The notes under the pieces: model-generated | Seen by the model: only the letters and a program-made list of their open reading frames with translations | Told to the model about the DNA's origin: nothing | Database searches by the model: none | Assembly: GCA_003599535.1 (NCBI GenBank) | Contig: QZKQ01000083.1 | Span: 14,584 to 78,583, forward strand | Direction: 5' to 3' | Source of the DNA: Candidatus Zixiibacteriota bacterium | Lineage (GTDB): Bacteria > Electryoneota > B3-LCP | DNA: 64,000 nucleotides | Shown: positions 41,387 through 50,555 of the stretch, piece by piece | How the letters are laid out: the number at the start of each line of letters is the position of its first letter | How positions within the stretch are numbered: the first letter of the stretch is position 1 | Translations under genes and position numbers: made by a program

Positions 41387-42349
41387 ATGAAAAAGATTTG
41401 GGCACTGCTGAAAGCCGTCATTGACGAATTCGGCAAGGACAAGGCCACCGTGTGGGCGGCGGCCCTGGCCTATTACACTATTTTCTCCCTGGCGCCGCTG
41501 CTGCTGATCGCCATTTCCGTGGCCGGCTTGATTTTCGGCCCGCAGGCGGCCCGGGGCCAGGTCATGGATCAGGTCAGCCAGGTGATCGGCCCGCAGGCCG
41601 CCCAGGGGGTGCAGTCGCTGCTGGCCGGCGTCAGCCGCCCCGGGACGGGCCTGCTGGCGGCGGGCATCGGTTTCGTGGTGCTGCTGTGGGGCGCCTCGTC
41701 GCTCTCCCTGTCGCTGAAGAAGAGCCTGCATTTCATGTGGGACATCACCCCGCCCGGCGGCGGCATTCTGGGGATGCTGAAGAGCCGCTTCACCTCGGTC
41801 TGGCTGGTGCTGGGCATCGGCTTCGTGCTGCTGATCTCCATGGCCGTCAGCGCTACTGTAGCCGGTACGGGCCGGGATATCGGGCAGGCCATCGGCGTCC
41901 CCCCGATCCTGCTGAACGTGGTGGACTGGGTATTGTCCCTGGTCATCTTCACCCTGGCCTTCGGGCTGATTTTCCGTTACCTGCCCGATACCCGGGTGCA
42001 GTGGCGCGACGTGTTGATCGGGGCCGGCATCACCGCGGTGTTGTTCACCATCGGCAAGGTGGCCCTGGGGTACTACCTGGGGCGCAGCGCGGTGGCTTCC
42101 GGTTACGGCGCCGCCGGGTCGCTGGTGGTGCTGCTGCTGTGGATCTACTACAGCGCCCAGATCCTGTTCCTGGGGGCGGAATTCACCCAGGTGTACTCCC
42201 AGCGTTTCGGATCGGGCATTCGCCCGGAAAAGGGAGCCCGGCGCCTGGAGGAAGGGGAGAAGCGCCCCCGCGACGAGGAAGACCGCGAGCGGCAGGACGG
42301 CGCCCGACCCCGCCGGCGGCCGCACCTGGCGGAGGAGGAAAAAGAGTAA
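41387..42349 (+). CDS. YihY/BrkB family membrane protein (tandem paralog)
   Basis: Same signature (AALAYYTIFSLAPLLLIAISVAGL). Tandem duplicate. Confidence 0.75.
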   Translation: MKKIWALLKAVIDEFGKDKATVWAAALAYYTIFSLAPLLLIAISVAGLIFGPQAARGQVMDQVSQVIGPQAAQGVQSLLAGVSRPGTGLLAAGIGFVVLLWGASSLSLSLKKSLHFMWDITPPGGGILGMLKSRFTSVWLVLGIGFVLLISMAVSATVAGTGRDIGQAIGVPPILLNVVDWVLSLVIFTLAFGLIFRYLPDTRVQWRDVLIGAGITAVLFTIGKVALGYYLGRSAVASGYGAAGSLVVLLLWIYYSAQILFLGAEFTQVYSQRFGSGIRPEKGARRLEEGEKRPRDEEDRERQDGARPRRRPHLAEEEKE

Positions 42350-42413
42350 TTCGACCATCGGGAGGACGCGCATCCAGTCCTGGAGCATCCGGCCGACACC
42401 CTGACCTGATCGG

Positions 42414-43514
42414 ATGGAGGGCAGCGTGGATCATCCCGCATCTCAGGCGGACCTTTACCGGAAAGTCATTATCGGCCTGCTGGCGGTCATCGCCCTGATC
42501 CTGGCCGCCGCCGCATTGAAGGCGACCTACGTCATCAGCATGCCGTTGGCGGCAGCCTTCTTCCTGGCGGCGCTGCTGCGGCCTCTGCAGGTTTGGTTGA
42601 ACCGGCGCCTGCCGGACCGCCTGCACTTCCTGAGCCTGGCCCTGACCATGCTGGCGGTGGTCGTCGTCTTCGCCCTGTTCATCGGACTGCTCGTGTGGGG
42701 CGGACAGGCGGTGGCGGATAAGGCTCCGCAGTATGTTCGCCAATTGGAGAGCCTGTGGAACCAGGCCCTGAATTGGGCCGACGAGCAGGGTTTCCCGTTG
42801 CGGGAACGCTTGGAGGCCTCCCAGGGGTTGTCCGACCGGGTGGTGAGCCTGGCCATGAACGTATTCGGCGCGGCCTGGGCCTTCCTGGGCCTGCTGGTGC
42901 TGGTCTTCTTTCTCCTGTTGCTGATGCTGCTGGAAACCGCCGACTGGCGGGAAAAGACCCGGGCGGCTTTCCCGCGAAAGCGTAGCGACGCAGTGCTGGA
43001 GGCGGTTCATCACGTGGCCGGGGGGGTGCGAACGTACCTGCTGGTGCACGCGGCGGTGAGCGCCATTTCCGGGCTGGCTGCGGGGCTGTTCCTGTGGATC
43101 ATGGGGGTGGATTTCGCCCTGCTGTGGGGCGTGACAACCTTCGGCTTGAACTTCCTGCCCTACATCGGCTCCATTCTGGCCGTGATCCCGCCGACCCTGA
43201 CGGCGCTGGTGCAGATGGGGCCGGTCTGGACTCTGGCCGTCCTGGCAGGGCTGACGGTCATTGACCAGGTGATGGGCAACTACGTGGATCCCCGGTTGAC
43301 GGGGCACGTGCTGAAGATTTCCCCGGTAGCGCTGCTGACGTCACTGGTCTTCTGGGGTTGGATGTGGGGCGCGGTGGGAGCGCTGCTGGCCGTACCCCTG
43401 GCCATCACCCTGATCGTCGCCTGCGCCCACGTTCCGGGACTGAAACCGGTGGCCCGGCTGCTGTCCCGCAGCGCCGAAGCGGTGATGGACGAAGCGGCCA
43501 AAGAGAAAGACTGA
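42414..43514 (+). CDS. AI-2E family transporter (UPF0118 / PerM-like)
   Basis: 8 TM helices. About 366 aa. Family-typical layout. Confidence 0.65.
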   Translation: MEGSVDHPASQADLYRKVIIGLLAVIALILAAAALKATYVISMPLAAAFFLAALLRPLQVWLNRRLPDRLHFLSLALTMLAVVVVFALFIGLLVWGGQAVADKAPQYVRQLESLWNQALNWADEQGFPLRERLEASQGLSDRVVSLAMNVFGAAWAFLGLLVLVFFLLLLMLLETADWREKTRAAFPRKRSDAVLEAVHHVAGGVRTYLLVHAAVSAISGLAAGLFLWIMGVDFALLWGVTTFGLNFLPYIGSILAVIPPTLTALVQMGPVWTLAVLAGLTVIDQVMGNYVDPRLTGHVLKISPVALLTSLVFWGWMWGAVGALLAVPLAITLIVACAHVPGLKPVARLLSRSAEAVMDEAAKEKD

Positions 43515-43735
43515 TCATGACAGGATTGAGGTTCCGTCTCCTCCGGCACTGCTTCGGAAGGCCATCCGCCCGCTGACGGATGGTGGCCATATAAGTTCTG
43601 ATACCTGCGCTGATATTCCGGCCACGACGGAGCTTGGCCCTCCGAATCGGCGACATTATCCAAGTACACGCGGAGATTAGCTTATATATTGGACCTGTTC
43701 ATCTTTATACCGCACGCATTTTGAAAGGAAGCACT

Positions 43736-44512
43736 ATGGCACAACGCGAAAAATCCAAAGTTCTCGAACAGGGGAACATCTATTTCTTTTACCGCCCCCG
43801 TGTGGCGCACGAAGGCGAAGAGCCGGTGGCGGAGAGTTTCGACGACGTCGAACGTTTTTACCTGGTCCTGAGCCCCGAGGGGAAGGACATTCACCGCCTG
43901 ATTCTGATCGGGCAGAAGAAACTGCCCGAAATCGAAGACGGCGGGGAGAAGAACTGGGGCTTCGTGGCCAAAGTGGCCCAAAAGCCGGAAGAGCTGGAAG
44001 ACGAGCTGGGAGAGGAGACCTACGAGACCAAGACCCGGGGCGAACGCATCCGGCCGGCGGCCCGGCCCGCGGGCGAAGGGGTCTACGCCCTGGTGCAACA
44101 CGGCGACCACACCCACCTGGCCTACGTCCTGGAGCTGCCTGACGACCTGGGCGAGGTGCAGAAAGCCCTGAACATCGAAGACCGGGGCAGCTACATCTTC
44201 AGCGTCAAGAATCCGGAGAAGGGCAGTCCCCCCTCCGCCGGTCTGAACGAGGAGGAGAAGGCCGATCTGCCGGAGAACCTGCAGAAGAAATTCCATAATC
44301 GGCGCTTCGTCGCCGTCAGTCCTCCCGAATTCCTGGATCATGAGAAGACCGAGATCCTGCTGATCGGGGCCAAGGAAAAGCCTAACCAGGAGCTGGGCAT
44401 TGACCTGCAACCGGAAGAGGAGGACGAACACTCGGCGGAAATCTTCCGGGATCTCCACCTGCGGAAATCCGAACATCCACTAAAGCCCCTGTTTCAGGGC
44501 GAATGGGAGTAG
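43736..44512 (+). CDS. Hypothetical acidic protein (258 aa)
   Basis: Start set at MAQREKSK with a GGAAG RBS. Immediately upstream of the GT4 and GDE-like genes (12-nt gap). Confidence 0.45.
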   Translation: MAQREKSKVLEQGNIYFFYRPRVAHEGEEPVAESFDDVERFYLVLSPEGKDIHRLILIGQKKLPEIEDGGEKNWGFVAKVAQKPEELEDELGEETYETKTRGERIRPAARPAGEGVYALVQHGDHTHLAYVLELPDDLGEVQKALNIEDRGSYIFSVKNPEKGSPPSAGLNEEEKADLPENLQKKFHNRRFVAVSPPEFLDHEKTEILLIGAKEKPNQELGIDLQPEEEDEHSAEIFRDLHLRKSEHPLKPLFQGEWE

Positions 44513-44524
44513 AGGAGCCGCAGT

Positions 44525-45649
44525 ATGATCATCGCACAGGTGGCGCCGCTGTACGAAAGCGTTCCCCCGAAACTGTACGGCGGCACAGAGCGGGTGGTCT
44601 CTTACCTGACTGAGGAACTGGTGCGCCAGGGCCATAACGTGGTACTGTACGCCAGCGGGGATTCCGTCACCTCGGCGGACCTGGTGGCGTGCAGCCCCCA
44701 GGCCCTGCGCCTGGACTCGGATTGCCGGGACATGATGGCGCCGCACATCCTCATGATAGAGAAGGTATTTCAGAACGCGCCGCTCTTTGATATCATCCAC
44801 TTCCACATAGATTATCTGCACTACCCCATCAGCCGGCGGACCGGCATTCCCCAGGTGACCACGCTGCATGGACGTCTTGATCTGCCGGAGCTGGAACGGC
44901 TGTACCGGGAATACACGGACATGCCGGTGATCTCCATATCCGACAGCCAGACCAAGCCGCTGCCCTGGGCCAACTGGCAGGGGACCATCCATCACGGCCT
45001 GCCTCATGACCTGGTGCGCTTCCATGAGTGGCCGGGGGACTACCTAGCCGTCCTGGGGCGGATTTCGCCGGAAAAGCGGGTGGACCGCGCCATCGCGGCA
45101 GCCCGGCAGACGGGCCTTCCGCTGAAGATCGCAGCCAAGGTGGATAAAGCCGACGAGGAGTACTTCAAGGCTGAGATCAAGCCGCTACTGGACGATCCAT
45201 CGGTCGAGTACGTCGGGGAAATCGGGGAAGCGGATAAGGATGCCTTCCTGGGCGGCGCCCGCGCCCTGTTGTTCCTGATTGACTGGCCCGAACCGTTCGG
45301 GCTGGTGATGATCGAAGCCCTGGCCGCCGGGACGCCGGTCATCGCCTACCCCCATGGATCGGTGCCGGAAATCATCGAAGAGGGGCGCACGGGGTTCCTG
45401 GTAAGCAGCCTGGAGGAGACCGTCCGGGCCATCCACCGCCTGCCGGAAATCCGGCGCCGGGACTGCCGTCAGGCCTTCGAGGAGCGCTTCAGCGTGGAAC
45501 GCATGGCCCGGGATTACCTGGCCATTTACGAACAGGTGATCCTGCAGTCCAGGATCATGGAACCGGCAACCTCAGGAGGGACGCTTGGAAGATATTATCC
45601 GGGTCAAGGACCAGTACTACATCCTGGCGACGTCGGCCCTGGCGGATGA
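44525..45649 (+). CDS. Glycosyltransferase family 4
   Basis: N-terminal MIIAQVAPLYESVPPKLYGGTERVV. C-terminal PFGLVMIEALAAGTPVIA motif. The 3' end overlaps the next gene, so the true stop may be earlier. Confidence 0.7.
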   Translation: MIIAQVAPLYESVPPKLYGGTERVVSYLTEELVRQGHNVVLYASGDSVTSADLVACSPQALRLDSDCRDMMAPHILMIEKVFQNAPLFDIIHFHIDYLHYPISRRTGIPQVTTLHGRLDLPELERLYREYTDMPVISISDSQTKPLPWANWQGTIHHGLPHDLVRFHEWPGDYLAVLGRISPEKRVDRAIAAARQTGLPLKIAAKVDKADEEYFKAEIKPLLDDPSVEYVGEIGEADKDAFLGGARALLFLIDWPEPFGLVMIEALAAGTPVIAYPHGSVPEIIEEGRTGFLVSSLEETVRAIHRLPEIRRRDCRQAFEERFSVERMARDYLAIYEQVILQSRIMEPATSGGTLGRYYPGQGPVLHPGDVGPGG

Positions 45650-47753
45650 CCGTACCCGGGTGCTGAAGTGGGGCGAGATGTTCGCCGTGTTCGACCGCTA
45701 CGGGGATATCTTCCCGGTCGGATTGGGGGAACAGGGGATCTTCTTCGAGGGCACCCGGTACCTGTCCCTGTACTCCCTGAACCTGGGACCGGAACGCCCC
45801 TTGCTGCTCAGTTCGACGGTCAAGGAGGACAACATTCTCCTGGCCGTGGACCTGACCAATCCCGACGTGCACATCACCGACCTGGTGGCCATTCCCCGCG
45901 GGGCGCTGCACCTGTTCCGGTCCAAGTTCCTGCACGAGGGGTCCTGCCATGAGCGCCTGCGCCTGGCCAATTACGGGCAAAAATCCATCGTGGCGCCGCT
46001 GCGCTTCACCTTCGAGGCGGATTTCGCCGATATCTTCGAGGTGCGCGGCATGACTCGGGAACAGCGGGGGGAGAAATTGCCCCACGAGGTCGGGGACGAT
46101 TACCTGGTGCTGGGCTACCGCGGGTTGGACGGGGTGCTGCGCCGCACCCGGATACACTTTTCACCGCCCCCCCGGGCCATCCGCGGAAACGAGGCCGTGG
46201 TGGAAATTTCCGTGCCCCCCCAGGGCACCGAAGAGGTGCATCTCACCATTCACTGCCTGGCCGGCGAACCGGCGACCATTCCCCGGCGAACGTTCGAGGC
46301 GGCCCACCTGGAGGTCCTGAACAAACGCCGGCGCACCCTGGAAGCCACCGCCGGGATTTACACCTCCAACGAGCAGTTCAACCACTGGATCAACCGCTCG
46401 GCCTCGGATCTGGACATGATGCTGACCAACCTGCCCCAGGGGCCGTTCCCCTACGCCGGGGTGCCGTGGTTCAACACCGCGTTCGGCCGGGACGGGATCA
46501 TCACCGCCCTGGAATGCCTGTGGATCAACCCGGACGTGGCCCGGGGCGTGCTGGCCTATCTGGCCGAAACCCAGGCGCAGGCGGTCATCCCCGAACAGGA
46601 TGCCGAGCCGGGCAAGATCCTGCACGAAACCCGGGGGGGCGAAATGGCGGCCTTGCAGGAGGTGCCGTTCGGGCAGTACTACGGCAGTGTGGATTCCACG
46701 CCGCTGTTCGTGGTGCTGGCGGGCGCTTATTACGAGCACACCGGCGACCGGGACTTCATCATCCGGCTGTGGCCCCACGTGGAACGGGCCCTGACCTGGA
46801 TGGACACCTATGGCGACAAGGACGGCGACGGCTTCGTGGAATACGACCGCCGCACGCCCAAGGGGCTGATCCAGCAGGGGTGGAAGGATTCCCACGACTC
46901 CATCTTCCATGCCGACGGGGAGCTGGCCCAGGCGCCCATCGCCCTGTGCGAGGTGCAGGGATACGTTTACGCCGCGCGGCGGGCGGCGGCGGATCTGGCT
47001 GAGGCGCTGAGCCAACCGGTGCGCGCCTCGACCCTGCGGTCGCAGGCCCGGGCGCTGCAGGAGAATTTCGAGCGGGCGTTCTGGCAGGACGACATGGGAA
47101 TCTACGCCGTGGCCCTGGACGGCGACAAGCGCCCCTGCCGGGTGCGGACCTCCAACGCCGGCCAGTGCCTGTTCACCGGGATCGCCTCGCCGGATCATGC
47201 CCGCATCCTGGCGCCGACGCTGATGGGGGAGGAATTCTTTTCCGGGTGGGGCATCCGCACCCTGGCGGCGGGGGAAGCGCGGTACAACCCCATGTCCTAC
47301 CACAACGGCTCCATCTGGCCGCACGACAACGCCCTGATCGCCCGGGGACTGTCCCACTATCGCTTCCGGGAATTGGCCCTCAAGGTGCTGGCGGGGATGT
47401 TCGACGCCAGCCTGTTCATGGACTTAAACCGCCTGCCGGAGCTGTTCTGCGGCTTCCACCGGCGGCCCGGGGAAGGGCCGACGCAGTACCCCGTAGCCTG
47501 CTCGCCGCAGGCGTGGGCGGCCGGCGCGGTATTCATGCTGCTGCAGGCCTGCCTGGGACTGACCATCCGGGGAACGCAGAACCAGGTGCACTTCTTCCAC
47601 CCCGCCCTGCCGGAATTTCTCCAGGAAGTATCCATCCGCAACCTGCGGGTGGGGCAGGGGTCCATGGACCTGGCCCTGCGCCGCTACTCCGGCAATGTGG
47701 CCATCCAGGTGGTGCGGCGGGAAGGGGACGTGTCGCTGCTGGTGGTAAAGTGA
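45585..47753 (+). CDS. Amylo-alpha-1,6-glucosidase / glycogen-debranching-enzyme-like protein (GDE_N plus six-hairpin glycosidase C-domain)
   Basis: N-terminal IKDQYYILATSAL...VFDRYGDI motif of the bacterial GDE_N family. C-terminal (alpha/alpha)6-barrel-like region. Confidence 0.7.
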   Translation: MEDIIRVKDQYYILATSALADDRTRVLKWGEMFAVFDRYGDIFPVGLGEQGIFFEGTRYLSLYSLNLGPERPLLLSSTVKEDNILLAVDLTNPDVHITDLVAIPRGALHLFRSKFLHEGSCHERLRLANYGQKSIVAPLRFTFEADFADIFEVRGMTREQRGEKLPHEVGDDYLVLGYRGLDGVLRRTRIHFSPPPRAIRGNEAVVEISVPPQGTEEVHLTIHCLAGEPATIPRRTFEAAHLEVLNKRRRTLEATAGIYTSNEQFNHWINRSASDLDMMLTNLPQGPFPYAGVPWFNTAFGRDGIITALECLWINPDVARGVLAYLAETQAQAVIPEQDAEPGKILHETRGGEMAALQEVPFGQYYGSVDSTPLFVVLAGAYYEHTGDRDFIIRLWPHVERALTWMDTYGDKDGDGFVEYDRRTPKGLIQQGWKDSHDSIFHADGELAQAPIALCEVQGYVYAARRAAADLAEALSQPVRASTLRSQARALQENFERAFWQDDMGIYAVALDGDKRPCRVRTSNAGQCLFTGIASPDHARILAPTLMGEEFFSGWGIRTLAAGEARYNPMSYHNGSIWPHDNALIARGLSHYRFRELALKVLAGMFDASLFMDLNRLPELFCGFHRRPGEGPTQYPVACSPQAWAAGAVFMLLQACLGLTIRGTQNQVHFFHPALPEFLQEVSIRNLRVGQGSMDLALRRYSGNVAIQVVRREGDVSLLVVK

Positions 47754-47913
47754 CGCAGTCACTTTTTCGCCTGTTCGGCGCGACATGATAAGCTGGGGAG
47801 CGCAAAAGAGCGGCGCGATAGCGCCGCTCTTGACGTTTTATACAGAATAGTGGGGCAAGCGTCCCCGCCTGTCTTCGCTGCGCATGTGAGAATGACCGGC
47901 GAAGACGCCGGCC

Positions 47914-48867
47914 CTACCGGATTAAACCCAGCTTGATCCCCGCCGCCAGCAGCGGAATCATGATCTCGTGGTGGCCGGTGAAGGCGTAGCCCTTGCCGCC
48001 TTCCAGCGTGGGGCGCTGCACCACGTTGACCCGGGGCCGGTAGTGCTGAATCATGTCGAAGTTGGCGGTGATGAAGCCGCGGCAGGAATGCCCCAGGTTG
48101 CGGGCCACGGTCAGGGCCTTCAGGAACACCTCCGGCAGGACCACCGCCGACCCCACGTTCAGGACCGCGCCACCGTCGTCCAGACCGGTGATATGCCGGG
48201 CCAGGATGCGGAAGTCGCGCAGGGTCAGTTCGCCGATGACCGCGCCGTCGGCGGACGGCTGCTGGTGGACGATGTCCGTGCCCAGGGCCACGTGCACCGT
48301 GACCGGCACGCTCATCTGGTACGCCTGCCCCAGCAGGCTGACTTCCAGGTTGGGAGCCTGCTTTTCGACCAGTTCCCGCCCCAGGCATTCCCCCAGGCCC
48401 AGGCCTTCTTTCGCGCCCTTCGCCAGCGTGCCGTTGATGAATTCCCCCGTCTCCCGGGCCATGCCGAAGCTGCCGTCGGCCAGGTTGGCGGCCACATCTT
48501 CAGAGGTCACGCCAAAGAGCGACAGCTCCACGTCGTGGATGATCCCGGCGCCGTTCAAGGCCAGGCAGGTGATGACGCCGCGCTCCATCAGGTCCACAAT
48601 GACCGGCGACAACCCCACCTTGATGACGTGGGCGCCCATCATGAGGATCACCGGCTTTTCCCGGCGGCGGGAATCCACCACCGCGGCGGCCACGGCGCGC
48701 AGGTCATCGGCCACCAGGATATGCGGCAGGGAATCCCAGAAGGCGGCCAGGGAGGCGTCCGCTTCCACCGGCCGGCCCAGGAAGTCCTTGCGGACCTTGG
48801 ACTGGCGGGAGGCGAGGGGGATCAGGCGAACCTGGGTGACATCAATTTCGGGGTAACGGGACGGCAT
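47914..48867 (-). CDS. Deoxyhypusine-synthase-like family protein (tentative)
   Basis: About 317 aa with a Rossmann-like NAD-binding core. The family assignment is tentative and could be wrong. Confidence 0.3.
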   Translation of the reverse strand: MPSRYPEIDVTQVRLIPLASRQSKVRKDFLGRPVEADASLAAFWDSLPHILVADDLRAVAAAVVDSRRREKPVILMMGAHVIKVGLSPVIVDLMERGVITCLALNGAGIIHDVELSLFGVTSEDVAANLADGSFGMARETGEFINGTLAKGAKEGLGLGECLGRELVEKQAPNLEVSLLGQAYQMSVPVTVHVALGTDIVHQQPSADGAVIGELTLRDFRILARHITGLDDGGAVLNVGSAVVLPEVFLKALTVARNLGHSCRGFITANFDMIQHYRPRVNVVQRPTLEGGKGYAFTGHHEIMIPLLAAGIKLGLIR

Positions 48868-49064
48868 GGGAGATCCGGGTTATTATGCATGAGGTGGGAT
48901 AACGGCCGCCTTTTCGTTCCCGGGAATGCATTCCCGGAATTCGATCATCTACGTAACCGGCTGCTACAGGACGACCCCTTCAGGGTCGTGATGATTGGAG
49001 GCTATTCCGTACCGTAGGTTAAAACCTACGGCTACTAAAGGATCACCCCTTCGGGGTGATATTC

Positions 49065-49128
49065 TGGCTCCTGACTCCTGGCTCCTGACTCCTGGCTCCT
49101 GACTCCGGACTCCTGACTCCTGACTCCT
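49065..49128. repeat. Tandem repeat (CTGGCTCCTGACTC)n, about 4.5 copies
   Basis: ctggctcctgactc x3, then ccggactcctgactc, then ctgactcc. Lies directly 3' of the 49127..50401 gene. Confidence 0.7.
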
Positions 49129-50401
49129 ATGTTTTCTGTTCCTTCTTTCGCGCGGCGGGAAAGAGCACGTTGTTCAGGATCAGCCGGTAGCCGGGGGAAT
49201 TGGGGTAGAGGTCGAGCTGGGTGGGGGGATCGCCCACCTGGTGGCGGTAGTCTTCCGGGTCGTGGCCGCCGTAGTAGGTGAAGGTCCCCTTGCCATAGTC
49301 GCCGTGCAGGTACTTCACTTCGTCGGACCCTTCCACCTGCCCCATGATGGTGATTCCCTTCTTGACCAGCGACTTCTTGAAGGCCGTGGTCTGCCCCATG
49401 AAACCTTTGACCACGGAAGTGTGATCCTGGGTCAGCATGGTGGGCACGGGATCGTACTTGGCGGAGAATTCGAACAGGGTGAAGTAGTCCAGCATGTCGC
49501 CGCGAGGGGACATGCCGGTGCGGGGCGTGGTATCAATATCGGAGAATTCGTACACCAGCGGGTCGGGGATCAGGGAGAAGTTCTCGAAGGCGAAGGTCTG
49601 GGAAAAATCCAGCTTCTGCTGAGCCTCAGGGTCGGCCGGGGTGCCGTCGAACACCGCCGCGCAGATGTCCACCCCCTGGGCGGCCAGGGCGATGTCGTAG
49701 CTGTCGGTGGCCGAGCACATGGCGAACATGAAGCCGCCCTGCCCCACGTAATCCTTGATGGCCGCGGCCACGGCCTTCTTCTCTTCCTGCACCGTCCGGT
49801 AGCCCAGCTTGCGGGCCAGCTCTTCGTACACGGCCTGCTGCTCGACGTACCACTTGGCCCCGCGGTACAGGGCGTAGAACTTGCCGTACTGCCCGGTGAA
49901 ATCCTCATGGTGCAGGTGCAGCCAGTCGTACTGCAGGAGCTTGCCGCTCAGCACTTCCTCGTCGAACACCTTATCGTAGGGGATTTCGGCGTATTCCAGC
50001 GCCAGAGTGACGGCGTCGTCCCAGGGCTGGAAGTTGGGCGGGACGTAGACGGCCACCTTGGGGGCCTTCTCCAGCATGACCCGCTCCATGTTGGCCGATT
50101 CGATCTCGCCGTAGATGGCGGCCGCGTCGCCGGCGCTGATCACCTCGTAGGTCACGCCCCGCAGCCGGCAGACCCGCTCCAGGGCCGGCGTGGCCGGCAC
50201 CATGAAACTGCCGCTGCGGTAGTTCAACAGCCACTCGACATTGACGCCCTGCTCCAGGACCCAATAGGCCACCCCGTAGGCCTTCAGGTGATTGCTCTGC
50301 TCCAGGTCCATGGGGACGAGGAGGCTCTGGGCAGAGGCCGCCGGGGCCAGGGTGAAGAGCAAAGCGAATAATAGGATGCGATTATATAGGGTTGTTCTCA
50401 T
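49127..50401 (-). CDS. Secreted hypothetical protein
   Basis: Signal peptide MRTTLYNRILLFALLFTLAPAASAQS. 424 aa. No family recognised. Confidence 0.45.
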   Translation of the reverse strand: MRTTLYNRILLFALLFTLAPAASAQSLLVPMDLEQSNHLKAYGVAYWVLEQGVNVEWLLNYRSGSFMVPATPALERVCRLRGVTYEVISAGDAAAIYGEIESANMERVMLEKAPKVAVYVPPNFQPWDDAVTLALEYAEIPYDKVFDEEVLSGKLLQYDWLHLHHEDFTGQYGKFYALYRGAKWYVEQQAVYEELARKLGYRTVQEEKKAVAAAIKDYVGQGGFMFAMCSATDSYDIALAAQGVDICAAVFDGTPADPEAQQKLDFSQTFAFENFSLIPDPLVYEFSDIDTTPRTGMSPRGDMLDYFTLFEFSAKYDPVPTMLTQDHTSVVKGFMGQTTAFKKSLVKKGITIMGQVEGSDEVKYLHGDYGKGTFTYYGGHDPEDYRHQVGDPPTQLDLYPNSPGYRLILNNVLFPAARKKEQKT

Positions 50402-50555
50402 GGTTGTTAATTCATTAAATGCTGTGATCCGTGCCCTACTTGAGCCCCCCTTAATCCCCCCTTAAGAAGGGGGGAAGCATGGCTTCGAGGCACCCCCCTT
50501 CTTAAGGGGGGCTGGGGGGGATCTGAGAAGGGCAGCCGATCACTTTCGCTTACCC

